A stretch of 64,000 nucleotides of DNA from Vitrella brassicaformis CCMP3155. Its lineage: Eukaryota > Protista > Chromerida. How positions within the stretch are numbered: position 1 is the first letter of the stretch; each line of letters begins with the position of its first letter. The translations under genes and the position numbers were made by a program. Shown here in pieces: positions 36,501 through 47,683 of the stretch. The DNA lies in contig CDMY01000463.1 of assembly GCA_001179505.1 (NCBI GenBank), positions 7,688 through 71,687 of the forward strand, written 5' to 3'. The notes under the pieces were generated by a model. The model was given only the letters and a program-made list of their open reading frames with translations. It was not told the origin of the DNA and did no database searches.

Positions 36501-38092
36501 TGTTTGGAGTTTGTCAGTATAAATGTCAATCCCTACGGTAGACACACACAATCCGCCGGAGTGTATGATAAGCTGGATGCACAACTTTATATACCGCCAA
36601 CATAAGCGATTTCTCTGTTGATGATGACATTCTTCACGTGTGCCATCCGTATTGCCTCCATATTATCACCTGGCTTCTGGACTCACATGGATCAAAGAGA
36701 AGAACCGATGATACATACAAACACATGACGCCAAACCTTGTAGGAGCACTCAGTATCGTCCTGCTTGTATGAAGCGTAACCCCTGCACAGATTTGTACGA
36801 GTTGTGAGAGACATGGTATTGGGAGGCTTTTGATTTGGCGACTAGCGCAGCCGACCAGTCGGAGAAATAGAGGATACCGAGCTCCCAGAGTTTCTCCATA
36901 GTGTCGATCTTGGTGTTGTACTCATCTTGAAATCGGCCGGCGGCCATCTCTATATAGCACGACACAGGCATTGGATGTTGCGGGCAGGATGAGAGCCTCC
37001 TGATCGTGTCTCTTACCGTAGCCGAGTACGTATACTTTAACGCCCTGCTCACGTTCAGTCGGAGGAATACAAAGTCACAACACATGAGTTGCTTACCGTA
37101 AAATAGAGATGCCGCAAGACGTTTTGCAGTGTACTCTCTGGCTGGTGGGAGCCCATGAGAGGTGTATCGAGGTCGGTGTGCCAGCCGCTGAGATGAGCGA
37201 GAAGCTGTGAGTCGACAGAGAATGATATGCTATATCGCCTACGCGATGATCACTTCGTTCTCCCTCCCTAGCGGATTAGAGTTCAGACGAGGGCTCATCA
37301 GTCTGCCAATGACAATGCAGGATGAAAGACGTATGCACCTGTCGATTCCCACTTACAAGCAATAGAGTTCCTGGTTTCGACGACAAGACAGCAGCAGAGT
37401 GACGATGGATGAATGTTGCCTGTGCACTCATGAGTGCTTCGAATGTCTTATCTGTGCCTCCATTCTCATACTTCGTAATAGCCTAGGGGTGCCAGGGGGT
37501 GTCCCATATACCACCACGGATCGAGTTTCTTTTCCTCTCCGAGACGGTATGTGAACGATTGCTCCGAGAGGGAAGCGACGAACGGAGCAAAAGTGCCTGC
37601 ATTGCAACACATTACAGGTGTCCAAGAGTCCCTGTGCCATTTAGAGTCCCCCAAACAGCGGGCTGCTCACACTTCCGCCAGGTGAAGGTCTGTGCAGACA
37701 GACAGACAGACAGACAGGCAAACAGGCAGGCGGAGATACAGAGTCGTGCAGACCGGCACATAGAGAAAGCGCACCGTTTCGTCCCACTGATCGTTGATGA
37801 ACCGCCCGCACTTGTCAGTCTCGAACTCTTCGGGACCGGATGAGCCAGCGTCGTCTTTGGCGAACGGGGAGCCCTTCGAAAGGAACGACGGCTGGCCCAG
37901 ACCTCTCACTGAACATAGAGCAGCACCTGCACGTACAAAGACATCGAGCAAGATGGTCGGCGATGCGCATTGCAGTGCAAATCTTCGCGTACTCGTCTCA
38001 TTCCGCTGCCCGTTGCAGACGGTGGCTGCTTGGAAGGGCGGGACGGCGGAAGCGACGAGCAGAGCGAGAAGCGAAGAGGCGAAGAAATGCAT
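33519..38092 (-). pseudogene. Phospholipase D (eukaryotic PLD1/2-SPO14-PLDzeta type) with putative signal peptide; both HKD regions damaged
   Basis: Manually spliced exons give FAP...WYMG...YYE, EVIIAGWH, GVKVYVLGYE, HVKNVIINREIAYVGGIDI, HHDTQCRVTGKAAADIASVHINRW, YVYIENQYFISS (35699-35731), NKLGKSLYKRIKRAIEK, YVHSK|AMIVD and IGSANMNDRSMLG. The lesions are listed under findings. Linking the signal-peptide exons (37670-38092) to the rest is less certain. Confidence 0.82.
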
Positions 38093-38473
38093 GTCTTCCG
38101 CTCCGAGAAGATCCTTGGAGACGGCAAAGCCCCCGGGAGCCCCCGTGACATGTGTTTGCGAAAAAGATCTGACGCGAAAGGCATGAGAGCTAACTCGCGC
38201 AAGAACAAGAGAATGTCAGCATAGATACGAAATCATTCGAAGCACTCAAAAGCGCAAGATGAGTGAATGAATGATTCCTCAACGGCTGCGACAAACGGCT
38301 GCATCCCCCACGGCCAAGAAGGACGATGCATGGCTCAGTGCTGCCCTGCTCTGCTGGAAGGGTAGCTATCGATTCATTCAAGCGGCCAAGCCATGCAGGA
38401 ATAGATGACGTCTCAGACTCACGCGGACTTTGCCTCACTCTTGAGTCTGCGGCAGGCTGGAGGGGCCGTCCAC

Positions 38474-38895
38474 TCATTGCCCTATCAGCGGCGCCCAATA
38501 GAGCATTCTCACAAGCGCCTTGGGGCTCGTCACACACGTACTCATAAATGAGACCTGCACACACGAATGTATGCGGCGCACCAAAACACGGATCGATGGA
38601 TGCAGCCAGCCACGTGATCGACTCCCTGTCTGTGTCATGCAGGCAGACTGAGTCCGTTTCATAGTCCCACCTTGGGCTTTGTCTCGCCGTGTTGGGCTAT
38701 GGCGTCGATTTTGGCCTGTATGTCGCGTATCTCCCTCACCGACATGCCCCCAATAACCACACACACAACCACATCCGCGCTGGCCGGCACGAACCGACCC
38801 GCCTGGGTGGCGCCTCGCAGACCAGTGGCAGCAAACAGACCCCTGTAACACAACACAACTCGGAAGGATTGATCGTGTGAAGGCAGGAAGATTTC

Positions 38896-38926
<31 letters not shown>

Positions 38927-41356
38927 GTGACCTGGCTGCGAACGAGACGAGGTCGCCCAGGGAAGCCCCTTCCACAGGAATGATGTCGCAGGGGGCGCCA
39001 CTGGCCTGGTGGGGCCGGAGCACCTCGTCCACCACACGACACAGCCACAGCTCGTCAGCATGGTGAGACGGTGACCCCTCTGACTCGATAAACACTTTCC
39101 TGATAGATCCATCCATCCATCCACACGTGAGCACTTCCGTCGTTTTTCGTGTGGTATCTATCGTGCATTAGACGTGCCTGAGTTTGGTCTGGAGCAGCTC
39201 CCTGGCATCACGGACGGCACTGAGGCGGCCCTCCAGAAAGTCGCGCACATCGGCTGCACACTCACGCACAATCCATCCATCCATCCATCAAAAGGGATTC
39301 ACCTCATCCCTTGCTCATCTCCTGACTGACCTTGTGAGCGCGCTGCTTTGGTGGCGACGTGGTTGACGATCCAGTCCGAGATGCTAACTGAGTCGGGGTC
39401 CTTGATGCCCCAGACATCAGGGCCCCTCCTGGACGCCAGTGCAGTCATCAGACACGCCAGCGAATCGAACACAAAGGCCGCATCAGCCTCCCCAACGTCA
39501 GGCTGCGCACCTGACCGACCAAAGGAACACACAACACAAGATGGATCGGGAGAATGGCTGGGTGCTGCTTGTCTGTTGGCCTGCTTACGTGCCAGTGCCG
39601 CTGCGGTGTAGGAGCCACCGAGAATCGCATCCACCACCTGAGCGGGAGGGAACAGACGACGAGGCAACATGCACACACAGCCAATGAATGCCCCCCCAGC
39701 GTGCCTGCCTGCCTCTCATTGCACATACATACATACGTGTGAGAGCAGGTCTCCCTCCAGATACACCGGGAGATACACATCCAGCAGTAAAAGGTCAAAC
39801 AGCACACGGAACACCTGCAGTGCACCGCACACACCAAACACACACACACACACACAGACAGTCTGTCTGCATTCATTGTCCATCCGTCCACCCTTCAGGG
39901 CTCGCTCACCTTGCCCAGCCGTGTGTGTCGCGTGGCCTTCCTGTGTGAGAGCGCCTCCGCCAAGGAAGCCATAGGCTTGCTTCCCCCGCTCCCCCCTCCC
40001 CCCTTATCGACACCCACACCCACGCCCACGCCCACACCCGCCCCAGCCTCCCCATTGATGCACGCAGACACCTCATCCAGAATGGTCGCCAGGTCCTCGT
40101 AGTCGTCGCCATTCCTCCCGCCCTTGAGTGAGAGTTTCTTAAGGAGGGCGGTGAGCAGGTCGCGCATCGACGGCTGCACTTGCAGCAGGTCGGGGCGAAT
40201 GCTGATGGATGGATGGATCGATGGATGGGACACAAGAGACAGAGTTGCGGGCTCTCTTGTTTGTTTGTTTGTTTGTTTGTTTGTGAGTCGTACCTGAGCA
40301 GCTGTTGTATAGCAGCAGATGCGTCGCTGGCTCCGACAGGCTTCTGCCACGACCACAGATCACATGACGCTTTCCCGCCACGCATCCCTGCCAGCCGACA
40401 GATGCCCTTCCGCCACCCTCTCGGCTCTGGTGCATCCTCGCCCACACCACCACCACCACCCTCACAAGCAGCGGCAGCAGCAACCGGCTCCTCTGTCGGT
40501 GGGGCGGCCTGCTGTTGGACGGTGGGGTCTGTGTCCTCCATGTCCATGTCGAGATCGAAATCCCATCCGCCGCCCGGCGCCTCGCTGGACGGCTGGTGCT
40601 GGGGGCTGCTTTCGTCAGACGGCACGTATTCTGCTGGCGGCTTGAGCGCACCGGCCAATGCGGCACAGTTGCGGAACACCTTGCCGAACTGACAGAGAGG
40701 AAAGGAGAGAGAGAGAGAGAGCGAGTGCTGCTTTGGCGTGTGGGAGGGGAGGGCTGTTGGCTTTGTTTGTCTCACTACCGCGTCATGCGAGGTGGCTGGT
40801 GTGCCTTTCTCGGCCCATCGCAGAGCGTTCTCCATCATGCAGTCCCTCACCGGCTCGCAAGGCGTCGACAGATCAAGCGTCTGTAGCGAGCAAGCCAGCA
40901 GACACAGACAGCAGCAGGACAGACAGTCCACACACGTCAGTCAGTCAGTCACCACACAGCAGGCATCCCATCCGCTCACCCGATCGATGAGGACGACAGC
41001 CACCTCCTGGCCCCAGCCCTTTGCTGCCGCGGCGTGTGAGAGCCTGTCCACCACACACCGGCCGACCATGGCTGCCGACTCTCCTAGAGCAAAGACGCGG
41101 GGCGGCTGGCCGCCCGACAGGTCCTCTGCGTGGCTGACGATGGAAGCAGCCAGATGGCTGAACGACTCCTGCGGACAGACATACAGAGAGGGAAGTGTAT
41201 GCAGCTTAGGTGGCCCTCCCGACCCACCCTTAGTGCCCGAGGGAGGGAGTCGACGGCCATGTCGCTGAGGGTGATGCTCACATGCCCCACATGACCACCG
41301 CCACCTCCTCCTCGCAGATGGCTCCGCTCACTGCATCCCATGCATTCAGTGAGTGG

Positions 41357-41387
<31 letters not shown>

Positions 41388-42188
41388 TGCCCATCCATCC
41401 ATCCAGCTCGCGTCACGTCATACACACATTTCGACTTGCTTCTGTATCCTGGCGATGTCGTCAGCCAGCAGAGGCAACAGACCACTGCTGCCTGAACACA
41501 CACATGGCGGAATGGAATGGTCTGTGACTACCCATGATCTCGATGGATGCTCACCGTGCATCACTTTGAAGCTCGGCGTCAGCACAATGGGCGGCACGCG
41601 ACAGGGCATGATGGTGATGTGGATGGACGATCGGCTGCTCCGATTGCGGGTCGCCGTAGACAGCAGTTTCTCCCTCAGCCCATCGAAGCTGAAGGCGGCC
41701 CTGCCCACACACGTCGTCATGTGCTGGATGTGCTCGCTCTCCTGACACACCGCCGCCAACACACACACACACAAGGCCCTAAGATCCTTCTATCGCCCAT
41801 TGTGTGAGCATACCGTGAAGTGCGACAGCACAGTGATGGCCGTGCACTCCTCCACACACGCCAGCGCCTCAAGTGACCTCTGCAAAGGCTGCACGAAGCC
41901 GCTGACGACACACACGACGGAGCCCCGCCACACACGCACCATGCTGGAACGAGAGAGGGAGGGAATGCACTTGGGCTCATCCGGCAGAAGGAACGTTGCC
42001 GCAAGCGGGACGGCGGTGCCATCGGCAGACGAGAGGAATGGGTGGAGGCCGAGGGATGCATCGCGGTCCATGAGCAGCACGGCGCCGTCAGCTGATGCCT
42101 TGTGGCTTCGCAGCCAATGAACAACGTCACTCGGCGCCTTTGAAATGGGAGATGACTCGAAGAGGTCTGACAGCCGCCGAGATGACAT
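38474..42188 (-). CDS. Sec1/Munc18-family protein, SCFD2/plant MIP3-like
   Basis: N-terminal GAVLLMDRDASLGLH and VVCVVSG...ECTAITVLS, then VAVVLIDR|TLDLSTP, and C-terminal VVIGGMSVREIRDI and FMSTCVTSP; this matches the SCFD2 layout. Confidence 0.72.
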
Positions 42189-42279
42189 CGCGGAAACAGC
42201 GGCAGATCTGCACAAAGCGCGCATTTGATCTCGCAAGCAAGTCAAATCGCAACGATGGCAGGGTAGGAGGGGCAGCATC

Positions 42280-45200
42280 ATGAATGACAGGAGTTGGGCC
42301 TCGCTGGAAGGAGGCAGCTGGTCTCGCAGGCGTCGCACACCACGTGCCGGCGCCCCTTCTGCAGTAGCGCCAGCTGCAAAGGGTAAGAGGCGGCGGCCTG
42401 CATATGACGACGTGGAGGAGGAGGAGGAGGAGGAGGAGGAGGAGGACATGTTTGATGAGGAGGAAATGAGCAGTGACGAGGAATCGGATTGGGATGAAGA
42501 CCGTCCCGTCGCAAAGCGCAGCAGAGGGAAGCAGCCGGCGGGCAAGCGGCACAAGGGGGGCACTGGGCAGCCTCCAACAGCAGCAGCTGCAGCTGCTGCT
42601 GGGGCGGCGGCGGCAGCTGCGAGCGGCGGGAGCAAACCCGCCAAGAAGCAGAAGAAAGGCACAAAGGCGCAGCAGCGGCGCACCGCATCGGCGGCGGATG
42701 TAGACATGGAGGTGAGGGAAAGGGACGCAGGCAGCACACTTCTGTGTGTGGGATGTGTGGCTGCTCTGTGTGTGTGTGTGGCTGCTGTGTGTGCGGCTGC
42801 TGTGTGTGTGTGTGTGTCGGTCAGGATGTGTTTGAGAAGACGCCCGACGATGCGCTTGAGGCGCTCGATGGCGTCGCGAAGAAGCTGCAGACGCACCTCA
42901 AGCGAGTTGAAGAGGCCAAAGCCAAGGTGAGAGGGCGAGGCGCGGGTTGGGTGGCGACAGAGAGGCCTTGTCGATCGTGGTGCTGTGCTGTGTTGTGCTG
43001 TGTTATGTTGTGGTGATGTATGTGTCCGTCAGGCCCAGCAGCTGTATCAGGCCAAGAATGGCCTCCTTTCCCCCGACTCAGAGACCACAAACAGCCGCAT
43101 ACAGGTCGGGAAGAACACACACCACCCAGACCAATACCCATGTGTAACACTCGCCTTGTCTCTTTTGGGTTCTGCGATCGATTAGGATTTGGATCGTCAG
43201 TTCCGGGTTTGGACCAGTATGGTGATGCGCGACGCTCGCGAGGAGGTGGACCACATCGACACGAGTGCCAAGAAGCATCTCGACGAGAACTTCGCCAAGC
43301 TGCGTATCATCCAACACAAAATGAATCGACTCAACCAGGATACGACGGTGTGGAATCACACACACAGGGAGGGAGGCCCTTATGAGCGCTGTGTTTCTAT
43401 CGACTCGCCTGTCTGTCTGTTTGCAGGACTGCTCGTTGCTGGAGGATCTGCCTGAGGCGCTGTGGGTCAGCACTGAGGAGAGGATTGGAGTGGGTGGCCA
43501 CCTGGGCTTCGCGGCCTGCATGCAGTCGCTGGCGCGCGTCAACACCCAGTTCAAGGACCTGTGCGACAACAGCAACATGCACCCCATACTCGAGCTCAAG
43601 AAACCCCCTCCCGACACCATCATAGACCAGTGGAGCGGTAAGTATGGCACACACAAAACAAACACAATGGACGGGGGGACGTGTGGTGTGGAGGGGGCGG
43701 TGCTGTGTGGGTGTGTGTGAATGGCATTCATATCTTCTCTCTGGCTGTGTGTGTCTGTCTGTCTGTCTCTCTGCAGTTAAGCTGTCTGCCTGCCAGCGTC
43801 TGTCAATCGACCACCGGCCCACCCCGGCGATCGTGCGGCTGCTCGAGGCCCTCGCGCCCTCCCTGCAGGTCGTGGACCTCCGCGGCCGAGCGACCCAATA
43901 CGAAGACGCCATGGGTGACCTCTTCCGCCGCAGCCGCAAGCAGAAGAAATGGGAGCGTCTGCGGGACATGGAGCTGTTCAGCAAGAAGGTGGGCGAGGAG
44001 AGGGCCGAGAGCATCCTGCCGGTGAGCAAGGCACCTGTGGTCTTCCCGAAGCTGCGACGTGCCACCGTGAGGAGTCGGCCGTGGGGCGAGATACCTCACA
44101 AGAGGGCGTATCAGCTGCCCGTTCTGAGGGCCCTGAGACTCGGCGGCACCCATGACGGTGCGCCATGGGTGCGGCAGGCCACGGGCGGCCTCCACTCACT
44201 GCATCTCCTCTGCGATGCGGTACGATCAATGTGCCCTTCAGCCACCCACCACACTAAAGGAACGCCAGAAATGGGCCACTCATTCACTACTGCTCTCTTT
44301 GTGCAACTCTCCTGTTGATCAGGCTGAGTATCGGCTTGAGGAGTCGTTGAGCGCAGTAGGCACGTGTGTGAGCGGGACTGAATCGCCCGCCACCCTCACA
44401 TCGCTGACCGGTCGGCTGACCCTGGGAGCGACGGTGCACGGGCTGCTCGAGATGATGAGCAGCCCTGGCGGAGTCGGCGGACAGGGGGGACGGCTGCGGC
44501 ACATCCAGATGGGAGTGAGGTCGGGGATACGGGACANNNNNNNNNNNNNNNNNNNNNNNNNNNNNNNNNNNNNNNNNNNNNNNNNNNNNNNNNNNNNNNN
44601 NNNNNNNNNNNNNNNNNNNNNNNNNNNNNNNNNNNNNNNNNNNNNNNNNNNNNNNNNNNNNNNNNNNNNNNNNNNNNNNNNNNNNNNNNNNNNNNNNNNN
44701 NNNNNNNNNNNNNNNNNNNNNNNNNNNNNNNNNNNNNNNNNNNNNNNNNNNNNNNNNNNNNNNNNNNNNNNNNNNNNNNNNNNNNNNNNNNNNNNNNNNN
44801 NNNNNNNNNNNNNNNNNNNNNNNNNNNNNNNNNNNNCACACACACACACTCACACACGTGTTCATTTGTTGTCCTCCTGTCCATTGCTTCAACAGAAGCT
44901 CCACCGTTTCCGCACGCACTGCCTCGCGCAGAATGCCACTGAGGACTACTTCGACTCCATCACCTATGGCCGCCCTCGCGAGTATCAGCAGCAGCAGCAG
45001 CAGGAGGATGAGGAGCCCACCTTCCGCCCGCTGCAGGTCTCGCTGCCGCTGGTCGAGAACAACGGGATGGCATCCTTCGTGGCCGCCATGCCCACCTTCC
45101 AGCTGTGCTGCCGGCGAGCTGGCAGTGTGACGCTCAAGTCGCACTGTGGCTCGACGGACGTCACCTCTGCGCCAGGAATCGACTCGCTGGTGTTCGAGAC

Positions 45201-46090
45201 TGCCGATGAGCTGGCGATCGAGCCCTGCTACCACGCCATATACCTCACCACCGCGGCATCCACCGCCTACTTGACCCTCCCATCCTACATCACATCCAGG
45301 TGGGTGCGGCGGATGTCACGATTGATTGAATTGGTCAAGTGGCGCGTTCATTCTTGTTTTGACGCTTTCCGTGTTGGCACGGCACATCCTCTCTCTCTCT
45401 CTCTCTCTGTCTCTGTCTCTCTGTGGTTGTGTGGTGTGTATTCAATGCAGGCCAGCGGCACTGTTTCCGTCGGTGACGAAGCTGCACGCCAAGGTAGTGA
45501 GCGGCCACAACGTCAATCGGATGGCGGTGTACCAGGGAGGCGTTGACCGCGTCATGGGAGGCCTTCACGCCCTCGAGCGGGCCTCATTCGATGGCCACCT
45601 GCGCACCCCACGGACGTCGTGGGGCGTGGAGGCTCATGCGGGAGGTGCCAAGGTCGGCTTGGTGCCAGAGGGAGCCAAGTACCTCGACAGCGACCTCCAG
45701 GGCCATCCTTTGACGATTGTGCACACCTACCGCTATTGTGAGGACAGCAGGGTGGAGGTGGGGGTGTACGAGACGGGCGAGGAGGGCAAGGCGCTGCTGC
45801 AGAAGCGCATCGCACACCTAGAGTTGCATTACGCCGAAGAGATGGGGCACCGCTACTTCGGGCGTCGCAGGGGGGCAGACAGAACGGCTGATCAGAAAGC
45901 CATGTATAGCTCGTTGGTCGAGGCAGTAGCACAGGCGTTCAACACTAGCAAAGTGCTCGAGACGGTCTTTTTTGATCACACCCCGAAGCCCACGTGGGCG
46001 GCCGTCTCACACACACGTTCTGCAGCTAAGAAGAGGTTTCAGGTGGCCTCTGAGAAGAGCAAGGCTCTGCTCTTCACCAGGAGAAAGTGA
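42280..46090 (+). CDS. Second member of the lineage-specific F-box-like/LRR-like family (paralogue of 261-3866); spans an assembly gap
   Basis: Collinear exon similarity to 261-3866. LLEDLPEALW...MQSLARVNTQFKDL resembles an F-box. I found no stop codons in the visible exons. Confidence 0.75.
44537..44836. other. Assembly gap (300 N)
   Basis: Run of N characters, followed directly by a (CA)n tract. Confidence 1.
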
Positions 46091-46498
46091 GTGAGTGAGT
46101 GACTGTCCTGCTGGCTGCCTCGTGTGGTGTGTGTTTGGGCGAAGGGGGGGGCCAGGGAGGGAGGACTCATGTATGTGAACATTGATCTAGATGGCGGGTG
46201 TACGTCGCATTTTTGGGGTGAGTGAATGCGTTGATTGTTTGTATCGTTGATGAGGCAAGAAGTGTCACGGCCAGTGTCAGAGGCATCATCATTATGAACA
46301 CACATCACGGTAGTGCACACGGGCACTTGCTGAGGCCAGTCTGGGTAAGTCTGAGACGTCGTCTTTTCCTGAATCGAAAGCTATGCGTCCGTCAGGACAC
46401 TGTAGAGTCATGCACCCCTCCAAAAGGAACAGATTCATTGAATCAATCCCTCCCCTTTCCCCCCACCCTTCAGCTCGCGCCGCTCGAAACCCGAAGTC

Positions 46499-47392
46499 AT
46501 GATGGCAGCTCCATCCATTCCCCCGGAGGCCCTTCCCGGCATCCTTTGCTTCCTGAGTGTCAGCGAGCTGTTGCCACTGAGCTGCCTCTGTCGTGATGTG
46601 GCGAATGTCATGGCCGAGAGCCTCGTCTGGTGGCTGCAGCTGCCGCCGGCCATCGAGGCAAGACTGGGACACCACGAGGAGGGCATCGACGCTAAGGCTC
46701 TCAAAAAACTCGTGCTGGGACACCACGTAAGCATCACGCGACAGTCACTGCCTTCACTTCATCTTCATTGTGCTACTTACGTGTTTGTTGTCCTGTGTGT
46801 GTTCAGGGCGTGATCAGATGCCCATCCTGTTCGTTCCATCAGTACTCGCGGCGCGCCCGTCAGAGTTTCGGCACACGCCTCACGGGCCTGTTGACAGAGT
46901 TCCGCCGCACTACCATGCGCTCTGCCTCGGCAAGTCCACCGCAGCAGGAGGCTCGGCCGGAGTCTGCAAGCGCACGAGACCAGCAAGCTGCAGCAGCATC
47001 TGCTGCTGCCCCGATGGATGAGGAGGACGCGGTCGAGCCGTCGACCCATGAGCAGCCGTGTGACTTGCCCCTGCCTGGGATGGATGTCGATGTGGACGAG
47101 CACCACGTCGACTTCAGTGAGATTGAGGCGTGTGCTGAGTGTGGAGAATTCCTGGATGTCGGCCGCGACGCATTCGATCCCCAGTAAGGAGCTCAAAGGG
47201 ACACACGGACACAACCAATGTCTGACTGTCTGTCATCCGTGCAGGTCTTTCTTTCTGGAGAAGGGTCCGTTTGAGGCTAGAGCAAACGTGCCGCGGCCGC
47301 GGCCGAGGGGGGCTCAGGCAAGACGGCACCACGTGGCACCCAGGAGAGGGCAGATGGCGGCCAGAAGAAAGAGACAGAAGAAGAGAAGATAG
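46499..47392 (+). CDS. F-box-like protein with two separated CxxC motifs and a basic C-terminus
   Basis: IPPEALPGILCFLSVSELLPLSCLCR fits the F-box consensus. Later exons contain RCPSCSF and ACAECGEF, and the protein ends RRKRQKKRR (NLS-like). Confidence 0.65.
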
Positions 47393-47683
47393 ACCATGAT
47401 CGGCCGGCCGATAGGTAACAGCCAGCCAACTATCCCCTTTCGCTGGTTCTCTGTGTATGGATGGATGCACGCAAGGGAGGCAAGTCAAGTCAGCGAGTCA
47501 GTGAGTGAGTGAGTGAGTGACATTTTTCTTGTGAGTGACCTGGCTAGCTGTACGTACAGGATCGATCGTCTTCACTCAGTCAATCCATATCTGCGAACTC
47601 GACTGTCGCCATTCCAAAATCAAACCCATTTTTCAGTTCCCTTGCTGGCATTTCCATCCATCCATCCATCGGTATGCTTGGAT

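Noticed and set aside
36750-37085. ORF resembling a P-element/THAP9 transposase segment (ILYFSDW...HVSHNSYKSVQG)
   Set aside because: The flanking exons assemble into phospholipase D. The resemblance comes from read-through of intron sequence, and I found no TIRs or DDE context.
41790-42896. 368-aa minus-strand ORF as a single gene
   Set aside because: Its 5' two-thirds is the antisense of the low-complexity first exon of the plus-strand gene at 42280; only the part below about 42190 is the SCFD2-like exon.
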